Positions 24,837-38,207 of a stretch of DNA of 64,000 nucleotides are shown here, in pieces. The DNA lies in assembly GCA_963825865.1 (NCBI GenBank), contig CAWGVG010000060.1, forward strand, positions 205,929 through 269,928. The letters run 5' to 3'. The notes under the pieces are model-generated. The model was not told the DNA's origin. It ran no database searches and saw only the letters and a program-made list of their open reading frames with translations. Position 1 is the first letter of the stretch. Every line of letters begins with the position of its first letter. A program made the translations under genes and the position numbers. The DNA comes from an uncultured Nitrososphaeraceae archaeon. GTDB lineage: Archaea; Thermoproteota; Nitrososphaeria; Nitrososphaerales; Nitrososphaeraceae.

Positions 24837-24932
24837 CATTACAACCGATCTAGATATACGTGCATTAAGCCCTCATTTATGAGATTCACTCTCCCCCTCT
24901 CCTAACAGTACGTCACATGTTATTAGCAAATT

Positions 24933-25338
24933 TTGCTAAGTTATATGTCCATGTCAACAACTACAACAATTCAAGCGGAAGCATCTAAACCGCAAAAAAA
25001 GATGCAAGAATGTAACAGATGTAAGGCGGCAGGATTTCCTAATCAGCTAATAGGCTTTGAAAAGATAGGAGAAGATCCTGTAACAGGTAAAATCAACTGG
25101 AAATTAATTGACGAGAATGGTGAACAGCATAAACACAAAAGCAATAACCAGGATGATTATTCCTCATCGAATCGAAATGAAAAGCCTGTTTCCCAGCGTA
25201 GACGAGTTGTAGATTTATCGACTGTGACTGATGTAGAAGAGGCAAGGAAGCTGCTTTCATCAGGATGGGAATACAAAACCTCATATGCTGCCAACGATCG
25301 CTAATATACCGCATTATGTACTGGTGAAGAGAGAATAA
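24933..25338 (+). CDS. Small metal-binding protein (CxxC ... HxH)
   Basis: ECNRCKAAGFPNQLIGFEK...GEQHKHK; tail TIANIPHYVLVKRE* after a frameshift. Confidence 0.6.
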
Positions 25339-25683
25339 TTTGTGGTAATACGCCCATTTACATTTTATTATTTTGCTATTAGATGACAAAACTCTTCGTT
25401 ATCCTCTCTTGGAAAAGTAGATGACTTATGTGTGGTGTGGTATGGTGGCTGTCTGGATTGTAAGTAATTATGAAAAGCTATTGATTAAAGGGGCAGAAGC
25501 AAAAATGAACTTTTATAAATGGTTTTTTCATAGAAGAGCATCTGCCGCAATATGATATTTAAGGAAATTATATGAAAATGATAATGTAGTTGCGGTTGGT
25601 GTTGGTGATTAAGTTCTTCATGATTTTACGATGGTTTGACTATCAGTATGTTTTAATATTTTATGGAGCTTTAGTAGTAATGG

Positions 25684-26232
25684 ATGAACGCTGATAGAAA
25701 CCAAAATAGAAATAAGGAGAAGGATGTCTCACTTAATGACAAAGAAAGTAAAGAAAGTGATGAAGAAGAAAAAGAAGGAGCTGTAAAAAGCTCTGCTCAT
25801 ACAGCGGAAAGAAATGTAATGGATACTGCAGATGTATCTAGAGCAAGCATAGCTAAAGGAATAAGAGCTCCAGAAGATGTTTCTGCTGCAGATATAGTTA
25901 AAGGAACATTAAGTTCAGATGACGTAATTTCATATTCTACAGGAATTAGACCTGAAGATGGCAAGGTAATAGATCCCGATAAAGAGGTAAGCATTGCCAA
26001 ACATCTGAATAAAGATATAATAACAAATACAGAAGATGTATCTAAAGTTGCTAGTAGTGGAACTTCATCAACAACAGAATCTGGCGGCATTGATAGAGCA
26101 GGCATATATTCAGATGATGGTACCAGGCATATAGATAGAGCTCAAAATACACCAACAGAAATAGTAGATGATAAACAGACAGGCTCTTGGAAAATCAAAG
26201 AAAAGGATGAGAAGAGAAGAGCAAAAGAGTGA
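25684..26232 (+). CDS. Hydrophilic charged low-complexity protein
   Basis: 182 aa, D/E/K/S/T-rich, no hydrophobic core. Confidence 0.65.
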   Translation: MNADRNQNRNKEKDVSLNDKESKESDEEEKEGAVKSSAHTAERNVMDTADVSRASIAKGIRAPEDVSAADIVKGTLSSDDVISYSTGIRPEDGKVIDPDKEVSIAKHLNKDIITNTEDVSKVASSGTSSTTESGGIDRAGIYSDDGTRHIDRAQNTPTEIVDDKQTGSWKIKEKDEKRRAKE

Positions 26233-26266
26233 GGTATTGGTGTTTCCTAGCATTTCCTCATTCTTA

Positions 26267-26543
26267 TCAAGCCGGCACTTTGACCACTCTCTCAAGGTAG
26301 AAGCGGCTGATGTTACTAGCGAATCTCATCAAGGCAGTCCTCCACAGCAAAGTGTCCTGAATCAAGCCTGTACATCTCGGCATCTCGTAGATCCTTCAGG
26401 TAAGCTTCGCCTCCTTCTCTGGTAAAGAATATGTCGTTCTGTCCCCAGAAAATCAATGACTTTGGCTGTCTGTCCTGTAAGAACTTTGCCATTTCAGGTA
26501 CAGTGCCACGTTAGTACGGTAGTCGTAGAACAAGTCTATCTGC
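26267..26543 (-). pseudogene. Alpha/beta hydrolase C-terminal fragment, bacterial-like
   Basis: QIDLFYDYRTNVALY..WQ..LQDRQPKSLIFWGQNDIFFTREGGEAYLKDL..AEMYRLDSGHFAVEDCLDEI; GC-richer than flanks. Confidence 0.8.
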
Positions 26544-26817
26544 TCGAATAAGCGGTCGAATCCTAGTTTACCTAAATTGTATATGATTGCTGAAGATTCA
26601 AATCGCTTTGATAACATTTGAATTGTTGTAAAGAATATTGGAATGTTTGATTTGCGTGCCAATTCTACAATTGAGTTCAGATTCCTACTAAATTCTTCTT
26701 TATTAAAAATCATTTTTGCCAACGCACGTAGTACATCCCATACCACTAATGCTGTATGCGAAGGAGATAGGATTCTTCAATAGTATTATAGACTATTTTA
26801 TCTCCAATCTTTTGCAT
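26544..26817 (-). pseudogene. Isochorismatase/cysteine hydrolase N-terminal fragment
   Basis: HTALVVWDV..L...IFNKEEF..NLNSIVELARKSNIPIFFT; catalytic C-terminal half absent. Confidence 0.75.
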
Positions 26818-26952
26818 GTTATATTATGTGCACACCATGAAAAAATAGGTAGTCAAAGTATTTATCTAGAGTGCAAGCATGGCTAAAAATATTTTTCCCG
26901 GTTACTTTGCGCTCATCGACTTTAAGGCTGACAACCACTTTGAGCTGCTTTG

Positions 26953-27174
26953 CTAATAAGCCAATTTCAATAGATACTTTGGCCAAGTTATTAAATAACA
27001 TCTGTTATCTTCTAATAGTTCCATGCCAGCAATAATTGGCATAATTGGAGTGCGTAACTCATGAGCTGCTATATTTATGAATTCATCCTTAACACGATCG
27101 GTTAGTTTAAGCTGTTCTACTAAATTGCTTTGCTCGCCAGAGACTATCAAATATAGAAGCAAAAGATAATGCAA
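26953..27174 (-). pseudogene. Sensor histidine kinase HisKA remnant
   Basis: EQLKLTDRVKDEFINIAAHELRTPIMPII H-box; no HATPase domain. Confidence 0.75.
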
Positions 27175-27315
27175 TTGGTTCGCTATTTGAATAAATTGTA
27201 ATATTGCAAAGCTCTAATACAGTAATAATTAAGGTGCTACCAGACCAGAGGTTTCCTGGTCCCTAAAATATCAAAGGTTAAGAATTACAATTTTTGCTTA
27301 AATTTATAACCTTTA

Positions 27316-28254
27316 TTGGTTTTAAAAGCAAAATATCTTAGTAATGGTTTCAATATGCAAATAGCTGCCATACTGTCTGATTATGATGGAACTCTATGCC
27401 CCACTGGCTCTCTTAGATGCCAAGGCAAAAGTGTTATACCAAAAAATTTAGAGGATATCTTATCGGACATTTCAGATAAGATTCCTGTTTGTATTGTGTC
27501 AAGTAAGGATTTTAGTTTTCTACATGCTAGAGCAAAATTTGCCAAAATTATTTCTTGTATTTTAGGTATCGAAACCCTTACTCTGAAAAACCATAAACAG
27601 GGAGCAATGATGAATGTTAGTCGTAGTATTGATAGTTTAAAATGTAGTGAAAATTTAGATTGTATAGAATCCCGTCATCTGTTGTCAAACGATAAAATAT
27701 TGCAGGTTAACTCAAGATTGTTATCTAGCATAGCAAAAGAGATATTGCTGAACTTCAATCAAACAATAACAGTTGAGCGAAAATTTACTAGTGATAAACA
27801 AATCTTGGCAGGACTTACGATAGATTGGAGAAATATAAAAGACTGGAAATCTTTTAAAGTAGAATCGGAACCACACTTAAAAAAACTGATAAGGAAAAAG
27901 CAACAAGAAATATCTCCTAATAATAGATGTAAGATGCATATTCAGACCTATACTACTCATCCTTTCATTGATGTGTATGCTGCGAAATGTGATAAGGGTA
28001 TGGCATTTGATTTTATTACTTCCCAGATTCCAACCTCAATAGAAGGAAAACCACTGAATATAATGTATTTGGGCGATTCAGAGAATGACAATCCTGCATT
28101 TAGAAAGGCGGCGGTTTCAATTGGTGTACATTCTGATATTAGATTAAAACCAAAATTAAGTTGCAAATATAATATTTGCTTTGACGAGCTCCCAATATTG
28201 CTAAAAGACCTTCTGGATAAGGATCTTCAATTCTCAGATACTATAAATACATAA
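27316..28254 (+). CDS. HAD-superfamily hydrolase, subfamily IIB
   Basis: SDYDGTL, CIVSSK, DKG, YLGDSENDNPAF; likely start ATG 27355. Confidence 0.88.
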   Translation: MVLKAKYLSNGFNMQIAAILSDYDGTLCPTGSLRCQGKSVIPKNLEDILSDISDKIPVCIVSSKDFSFLHARAKFAKIISCILGIETLTLKNHKQGAMMNVSRSIDSLKCSENLDCIESRHLLSNDKILQVNSRLLSSIAKEILLNFNQTITVERKFTSDKQILAGLTIDWRNIKDWKSFKVESEPHLKKLIRKKQQEISPNNRCKMHIQTYTTHPFIDVYAAKCDKGMAFDFITSQIPTSIEGKPLNIMYLGDSENDNPAFRKAAVSIGVHSDIRLKPKLSCKYNICFDELPILLKDLLDKDLQFSDTINT

Positions 28255-28645
28255 AAAAAAGGACTTTCTACAATTGGCCTATTACAAAGCTTTGACGCGA
28301 TAGAAAAAGTGTGGTTTCTTCAGAACCATGAATAGATTATATTATGACTTCTAAAGTCTTCCATTGCAGCAGATTATCAACCGGCTATAGCATAAGCAAA
28401 CTCTTTTGTTTCTAATATATTATCTCTCAGTATTATACTCTTTTTTGATACATGTGCTTAATAGATAATATTACTATAATATAATAATGATATATTTAAA
28501 AAAATTCTGAGGGGATTTGTAGACTTGCTATTTCATTTCGACGCAATCAAATAAAATTAAATAGTGCTCCTTCTATAATGCTATTCGTAAAAAGTAAAAT
28601 CTATGAGTTATGCTGCATTTCACTTCTTGGATAAGATCAATAACT

Positions 28646-29036
28646 ATGTCAAAAGACTCTTCGTCTCAGAATAAATTCAGTTCAAGCCAGATTATATCAC
28701 AACAGGCAACATCATCAAAAGACTTATGAAGTTACCGACAGTTAGTGCACGGTATATAGAGTTAAATGAGTTTACTGGCTCTGATGTTCATAGAGGTTAT
28801 TTCTGTTACAACTGTGTATCTTTTTTGAAGCCAAATCATTGCAGTATTGTTACAGATGAGGGAGTGGATATACTAGGATACTAGGACAGTCCTGTGATGT
28901 CATTGCACCCCATGGAATATGCGCTCTATGGACCCCAAACAAGAATGAAATACATGCAAATGACAAATACTATATCAACATACCAAAAGCAATGTGGCCT
29001 GACGTGCAACCGTATTACCAGATCAAGGCGAACTGA
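28646..29036 (+). pseudogene. HiPIP-like (high-potential Fe-S) small protein, disrupted by an 8-bp tandem duplication
   Basis: From ATG 28726: ...GYFCYNCVSFLKPNHCSIVTDEGVDILG; removing one TACTAGGA gives QSCDVIAPHGICALW, i.e. CxxC-x8-C-xn-G-x-C-x2-W. Confidence 0.6.
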
Positions 29037-29220
29037 AGGCAATAGTGGCGTTCCTTAAATGGAGCAACGATTGTCCTTGTTAGGAGGACTACCCCCTTTT
29101 TTTGACATGGTATATTCATAAACGTTAGATTTAACCATTCGTCCGACGAATTGATACAGTTTAGAAAATTAGTTTATCCGACGTTAATGCGACAGAACCA
29201 AAAAAATAGATACACATATA

Positions 29221-29876
29221 CTACAATATTTTAGTACTTCCATCAGGATATCTAATCATTACGTTTTCCTTTTTAGTATTAATATTAATTTTCTTATTTT
29301 CGGTAACTTTATTCTTGCTCATTACTAATTCTCCGAGTTTTACTATTCTTTTGCTAATTACTATTTCCTCACCTAAAATGGGGATTACTTTTTTAGCAGT
29401 TGCTTTATGGTTTATACTATTACTGCTAGTATCATCATTATTCTTTCCATCATCATCAAGTAATGGAACCAATTCTCTTTTAGTTTCATTTTGACTTGTT
29501 ATTGAATATTGCTTCTTTTGACTATCATCCATATCTTCAAAACTCTGAATTATTCGTTTATTCAATTCAGATAATACATTATCGTCTTTCCCACGTGATT
29601 TAATATTTTTATCATTAATGTACACTTCTTCAATAGATACAGGTACATCGATATTTTTAGTTACAATAACCCATTTTTTTCTATTTTTACATTTTCGGTA
29701 ACAGTTTTCTTTGAAATGGAAAACTGTTCTTCTATAACTGGAATGGTGTTAACATCCTGCGATGATTTCTTCTGCTCATTACGTAACTCTTTGGGATAAT
29801 TATTGTCATTAGTTTTGTTCATCTTCTCCTTTTTCTTTCTTTCTAATGCTTTTATTTCATTTAGATTTTTTGCCAT
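29221..29876 (-). CDS. YsnF/AvaK (DUF2382) domain protein, frameshifted, two domains
   Basis: TIPVIEEQFSISKK..VKIEK and VIPILGEEIVISKRIVKLGEL. Confidence 0.75.
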
Positions 29877-29993
29877 TTCTATGAATACTATAGTGATCTA
29901 TTGGTTATAATAGTTGAAAACTATCGGATAAAAAAATACTAGTCTAATAATGGGTACGGATTAATAATTCACAAAAGGTTTTAGTCCTTATCA

Positions 29994-30734
29994 CTACTGC
30001 TTTTTCACTTCGTCTGCTACTACTTCCTCCCCATTAGCGTTTCTAACACTGACTTTTTCACTTGTTACCTGTTCAGTTATTTTTTTAGTCTCAGTAACAG
30101 CTTTTTTCCTTATCACTATTTCTTCTTTTATATATGGTTTCTTTGAAACCACCACATCTTCTCTCTTTAACGGTATATTAATCTCTGTTTTAGATTGCGT
30201 TATTTCGTGAGATGATGATGACGACTTGGCTGGTACTGTTGAAATTGTTGATGATTCCGTCGCCTTGTCTGCTTCTGCTACCGATCTCCTTTCAATAATT
30301 AACTCTTCATGTGTTAACTCTACTTCTACTGTCTTAGTTTCCTTTACTGGTTTCTTTATAACTTTTGCTTGTACTACAGATTCTTTTTTAGACACCTCCA
30401 ACCTTTCCTCAGTTACGGGAATGGGGCTTTCAGGATCTCTTGTTTGAACTTTTGATCTCTCTCCTCCTCCTTCAGCTGCTTGCTGCTGATGTGTTAGCGA
30501 TAAATTTCTCTTTTGCTTCTTCCTCTGTGATTTCAAAAAGTAAAATCCGACCATTATATCCATGTGGAATAGACTTTGGAATGCAAAACTTTTCCTTGCT
30601 TATAGTTCCTTTTTGTGTAAGAACATAATTTTCATTTACCTGTTGTACTTCTCCTAAGTCTGCTAAGACCTCTCAGCTTCTTTCTTCATAACTTCGTTCC
30701 AGTCTGTAACATGACCAAAAGTACTGTTTTCCAT
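29994..30734 (-). CDS. YsnF/AvaK (DUF2382) domain protein with PRC-like N-terminus, frameshifted
   Basis: DWNEVMKKEA..DLGEVQQVNENYVLTQKG; IPVTEERLEVSK, VELTHEELIIERR, IPLKREDVVVSKKPYIKEEIVIRK. Confidence 0.82.
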
Positions 30735-30912
30735 ATTATCGAAGCGATATTATATTCTGTTACATATGATATAATGCTTCTTAATAATTTTCAGTTTAGC
30801 CGATGCAATATAGAGAGTATAATAATAATACGCCACTAATTTATCTACAGGGACTGATAAGAATTTTTAGCATAGTTATTTTAAACTTAAAGAGCAATTA
30901 GACATTGTATCG

Positions 30913-32419
<1,507 letters not shown>

Positions 32420-32728
32420 ATTTATTTTTTTTCTACAAATAAAGGAACAATTGTGTCGTCTGCTGTGTTTATATCATACTTGCTTGCAACATTAATTTCA
32501 GACTAATTTTATGGTCATATAAATAGTGTCCTTTAAGATGATCGTTTATACTTGTAGGACCTTGTTTTTTTGTGATCAAAGATTTCAAAACCTTGGAAAT
32601 AACATATTAAAGTTGACAGCAAGGATAATAAAAAATATAACGCCACTAAATATTGCATTTCGAAAATTAAAATATGTAATCAATACATGCAAGCTTTATG
32701 TATTTTTGTTATCTAATAGTATCATAGT

Positions 32729-33691
32729 ATGTCATTAAGAAAAGAAGATAAAGAACGAAAAGAGAAGATGGCGTCCAATCAACCGTCGCAAGACATTACG
32801 CCAACAGAATCGGTGAACACGGCGACGACCACTACCACAGAGTCCTCACAGTATGCAGAACAACAACAACAGCAGTATGCAGTAAATAGAGCATTAGATG
32901 ATACTAGAGATAACATCAGAAAATCTATAGATGAAGCAAGAAGCCAGATTCCACACTATACCCAATCAGTCAATGATTATCAAGAACAGACTATCCAGGC
33001 CAGTAGAGAAATTGCTGATAATTATATAGAATCGCAAAAAGAGATTATCAATTCGCTACAGGCAGCGTGGGTTCCGTTTGCTGAAAATACGTATAAAATG
33101 AATTATGAGTGGTGGATATCTCCAAGAAAAATGACTCAAATATATGCTAATATGGTTAGCAGTATTGCAGACAATACAATTGCTGCAACCAGACTAGCAA
33201 ATAATATGATATTTGCAAATATGGAAGTATTTAAAAATTCAATGCAGCAAGCAAAGGATAATTCAAAAGAATTATCTAGAATAAGTGTAAATGCTATAAA
33301 GTCTGCTGAACAAATATCAAGGGATACTCCTGCTACTGTTTCCCGATTCTCTGGTAAAAGAGGATATTTTGAAGTAGAAGAAGAACAAGAGCAACAAATT
33401 CCATCAAGAGGAAATGAAGAAGAAACTCAGAGCAATAGAAGCACAAGATCACATTAGTGGGGGAAGGAGAGAGCAAACCATAAGTGATTTTCCTGGGACT
33501 GCAGCAGTTGGGCAAGCTCTAAAGGGCTTAAGATTTCCGGCAGACAAAAATAAGATAGTGCAGTTTGTACAACAACAATCCAAGACCAATCCAGACTGTC
33601 AAAAAATGGTACCTTTACTACAAAGAATTGAAAATAGGCAGTACCAGAGAATGTATCTGATGTTACCAAAACAGCTGGTCTAGTTGAGTAA
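32729..33691 (+). CDS. Helical phasin-like domain fused to DUF2795 domain (two frameshifts)
   Basis: Amphipathic VNRALDDTRDNIRKSIDEARSQIP...; then QQIPSRGNEEETQ, DFPGTAAVGQALKGLRFPADKNKI and NVSDVTKTAGLVE*. Confidence 0.6.
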
Positions 33692-34285
33692 TATACATGC
33701 AAACAATTGTAATATTAATAGCATGGAAGTAGAATTTTTTTATTACTCATGTCCCTTGGTATACTTTATCAAAAAGAATACTGGATAGAGAAAAGACAAA
33801 GATACTTTAAAAATACTGAAAATCTTTCTACCTTTATTTTTCTTACTACAAAAAATGATCAATTAAATGAGCGATAGGATAACAAATATTCTTTTTTATA
33901 GAAAACTATTATTTCCTATAAAAAATATCTGTTTTTTTGTGAACTAGGAACTTAAATCTACAATTGATAAGATAAAACAGTATCAGATTCAACAATAACA
34001 TGAAGTTTAATATAGTTGGCAAAAAATTCAAATGCAATACTAAAAAACATAGACGACAAGAACACTAGGTAAACCGCATAATTATTATTCATTCATTAAA
34101 TGAAGCTTCGATTATGAAACAGGCACCATTTTTATTATATCATAGGCGAACTTTATACTAACAAGTTCAGAATAACATCAATACGATACAGTAAGTGTAA
34201 CCAATAATGTAGAGAAAATATAATTAATTGTTATATAATAATCATATAGATGCGTTAATACACTTAAGAAGATTATACAATAACA

Positions 34286-34703
34286 ATGAGTGGCATTACA
34301 GATAAAGTCAAGAAAAAAGTAACAGACGTCAAAGACAAAGTAGCAGGTACTGCGAATAAGGCAACAAGCAGGTACTAAAGAAAAGGTCTCGTCCTCGACC
34401 TCTCCTTCATCTAGTAGTGATAGCAGTCAAAGTAGAAGATATCAAGAAGGTGCTGCTGCTGACACTAGGAGTGAGAGAACAAAAGACTCTACTCAAGAAT
34501 ATGATGAAAAAGAACCAATGTCTCCAGCTAAAATAAAACAACATGAACCAACTGCCGTACGCAGAGATCCAAATGATCAAAAGATTGTAGAAAGAACACA
34601 GAAATCAGAAGCAAGCGCTGAAGATGCTAAAGAAAAAGCCAGAAGAAGTGGCATGACAAAAGGAACTGCAGGTGCTGCCGAAACTGATAGTGAACACGAA
34701 TAA
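34286..34703 (+). CDS. Hydrophilin/CsbD-like stress protein, frameshifted
   Basis: MSGITDKVKKKVTDVKDKVAG...EPMSPAKIKQHEPTAVRRD; very hydrophilic. Confidence 0.55.
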
Positions 34704-35054
34704 GGTGCTGCTGGATCCAATAAGTATTAGTATTAGCAGCATATAGATAGCAATCACAAATAAAAGAAAGATCCTGTGATCTTCTTTTTTTACTATAGCA
34801 TGTAGCTAAGTAAAAAATAATTGATGTTTGATATTAGTTTTTGAAGTATTGATCAGGGGAGAACTGAATTGACTCAGTTTTCCTATAATGTTTTCTGGAT
34901 ATTATTAACGAAATGTACTAACTAACGGTTTTGCCTTTTTTTCTTAACTTGCTTATTCTCTTTTTTAGAGTAAAAAATTATTCGCTCTCGTTTCCAATTG
35001 GGGAGGCAAGAGCTTCTGTTGTTTTTCTTGATGGTCTAATCTATTGTATCACTG

Positions 35055-35651
35055 CTATTTACCACCGAAAATCTTTCCTATTATTGGAATCTTGGCTAGT
35101 GGATTTCCTGTATTGTTTCCAGTCTGACTAGCTGGTTGCGACGGTTGTTGTTGTTTGGCTGCTGCAGTTGTTTGATTAGCTGCTGGCGATGGTGAGGCTG
35201 GTTGTTTGGTTGCATTACCTGTTGAAGTTGTTGACACATTAACTGGCGCGGTTGTTTGATTAATTACTGTAGTCGTTGCTTTTCCAGCAGGTGTGACGCT
35301 TGTTTGATTGCTGCTCACAGGCGGTAATTTCGCTTGACTGCTCGTCAAAGATGATAGATTTTTTGTTTGATTAACAGAAAGAGGTGTTTTTTCAACTGGC
35401 TTGGCTGTTTTTTCAATTGTAGTACTCGTCTGATTTGCTGGTATAGTTGTTTGGTTAATTATTTTTGTTGCTTGTTTTCCAGCAGGTGTTACTGTTGTCT
35501 GGTTGCTATTAGAAGAGGAGGAGGTGGATGCTTGGGTTTGATTTTTTTGTGCAAATGCGACTATTGCTGGTCCTACAGAGCCGCTCGACGCCAATATGAC
35601 ACCAAAAGCAAGTGTTAAAACAATGACCAAGGATGTTATTTTTTTTTCCAT
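35055..35651 (-). CDS. Secreted mucin-like S/T/Q-rich protein
   Basis: Signal peptide ending AFA; repeated NQT sequons; C-terminal NPLAKIPIIGKIFGGK. Confidence 0.85.
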   Translation of the reverse strand: MEKKITSLVIVLTLAFGVILASSGSVGPAIVAFAQKNQTQASTSSSSNSNQTTVTPAGKQATKIINQTTIPANQTSTTIEKTAKPVEKTPLSVNQTKNLSSLTSSQAKLPPVSSNQTSVTPAGKATTTVINQTTAPVNVSTTSTGNATKQPASPSPAANQTTAAAKQQQPSQPASQTGNNTGNPLAKIPIIGKIFGGK

Positions 35652-36169
35652 AAAGTATTAGGTACAAAAAAGCATTTTAACAGTTGCATCTCTAGGACTT
35701 TGCTTATGCTTTAGAAACTGGAGTCACAGAAGCAGGAAGAACAACAACATGCAGTCCATGCTGGAGAAGCTGATTGCAGGCGTAAGTAAGGACCTTATGC
35801 TTGTTCATTTCACATTGGTTTTTATCATATAATCCATTTACGTTGAAAACATGGAATACATACTTATTTAACAAACAGTAGATAATAATACTCAGTACAA
35901 AGCGAAGTTCCATATAAATACATAATTTACAACAGTTTTTCGAATGAAACGAAATACTTTTGCGTTATTTCGATTTCGTTATAGTAGTAGAGGCAGGTTG
36001 CAACAGTAATCTTGTATTTTATATCTATATTTTACCATTTTTTATCTGCATTCAGATCAGTTGTTGCGAAGGATGTCACTTACCAAAATTCAAGAGAATA
36101 CGGAAGGCATCTAGATTAAAATGTTTTACATTTTCTCGCAACAGCGAGCTAAAATTTGGATGACAAATT

Positions 36170-38207
36170 ATGTCTAGGCTAATAAAACAGCTTTCTACCT
36201 TTTTTACAATTGCGCTGCTTTTAACATCTATTATTGTTATTTCTGGTGGCACTGATGGTAATGGTCGTAGGTTTGCATCTGCTCAGACGACTTCTGTGAA
36301 TCATCCGCCTTCACCTGATCCCAAGGCTGTTACAACAAACGAAAATACTCCAATCGAGATCACTTTAACAGGCACTTACCCCGACCCTGGAGATACTGTG
36401 ACATTTACTATTCTGGACAGGCCACTGCATGGAGCTCTATCAGTCGGTTCTAGCCATAACAGCGTCACATATACTCCGATGGCAGGATATGTTGGACTTG
36501 ATGCTTTTACATACACGGCAACAGATAACCATGGATTTGCTCGTACCAAGGCACTGGTGAGTATAACTGTCAGTGGGCCTACTACAAATCCTCCACCCCC
36601 GACTGTTAATGCTGGTCCGGATCAAATAGTTAATGAAAGCTTACCTGTTACACTTGATGGAAGTAAAAGTACTGACCCACGTGGTGGTACGCTAACGTAT
36701 TCGTGGAAACAGACTGCTGGTCCTGTTGTGACGTTAAGTAGTAACAACTTCTCCCATAACTACATTTACAGCTCCTACTATTTCGACTAATTCTGCAGTA
36801 CTTGCGTTTGAATTGACAGTTAAAAATGGAGATGGTTTAACTGGCAGTGCCACAGTCCATATTACGGTAAATCATGTAACTCAACCGCTCTGTCAAAAGA
36901 TTCCAATAAGTAATGTTGCAGCCATTGATGATGATGGTATTAATCACCCTACTAATGCCATAGACAATAATCTTAATACACGCTGGTCAAATTTGGGTGT
37001 AGGTTCATGGATACAAGCAGATCTAGGATCACAGATGACTACTTGTATTATAGATATTACATGGTATAATGGTAATCAGCGGCAGAATAATTTTGTTATA
37101 TCTGTTTCAAGTGATGGAAGTACTTTTACTCCTGTATTTACAGGAAAAAGCACTGGAACAACTTTATCATCACCTGAGAGGTATAACTTGCCTGCAAATA
37201 CTGTCGGTAGATTTGTAAAAATTACAGTCAATGGAAATACACAGAATAATTGGGCATCCATAACAGAAATTGCTGTTAATGGACTTGCAGGTAACACTCC
37301 AGCACCGCCACCGCCTCCACCCACACATTCCAATGGTATAATCCACGGCGCTATGACTGATGAGGCAGGCCACGAGGATGGTAATGCAAATTTGGTAAAC
37401 GCGTTTAACAATCTGGCTGGAAAAAAGATAGGTGTTGCATTTTTTAGCGATAACTGGTTTAATGGGATACATTTTCCACTTGATAAATGCATTTCCATCA
37501 GGACTACCGGCGCTGTTCCTTTTATCAGAATACAGAATTGGGTTAGGGAAGGAGATACACTTTCCGATGCCGGGCCATATACCCATAAAAATATCATAGC
37601 AGGGATGTTCGATACTCAGTTAAGAGCATATGCGCAAGCAGCCAAAAGTTTTGGAACGACATTGATAATAGAATATGGGGTAGAAGTAAATGGTAATTGG
37701 TTCCCTTGGAGCCAGGAAGGACCAGAGCCTTACAAGGCAGCATACAGACATATTGTAAACCTTTTCAGAGAACAGGGTGTTACAAATGTAAGATGGGCGT
37801 TCCATGTTGACGCTACAGACAACAATAATGGCTACAAATGGTACCCTGGGGATGATATCATAGATTGGATAGGAACCAGTTGTTACGGGGCTGAATCAAA
37901 GAAAGGCTGTATTAGAACTTTACAAAATACCTATGATTCATTTGCCAGTATTTCAACAACAAAACCGCTAGGCATCTTTGAATGGGGCATAGGTGATGCA
38001 ACAGATACAACAAATACACTTCATGCCTTAGCTACAGACCCTAGATATTCGAGGATAAAATTACTACAGGTTTGGAATGAGGGCGTTGTGCCAGGCCACC
38101 CCGAGGACAAAGTTCCTGACGGAAGGATCAACGTAACTCCACAAAACCTTCAAGCCTATCGCCAAGGCATTGCAAATCAAGCCTATGTATCGACATATCA
38201 TGATTAA
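36170..38207 (+). CDS. Secreted multidomain glycoside hydrolase: Ig-like + PKD + F5/8C discoidin (CBM32) + GH26-like (one frameshift near 36750)
   Basis: YTP..GYVGLDAFTY; VNAGPDQ...LDGSKSTD..LTYSWKQ; NAIDNNLNTRWS...WASITEI; EVNGNWFPW, WYPGDDIIDWIG, KPLGIFEWG. Confidence 0.88.
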
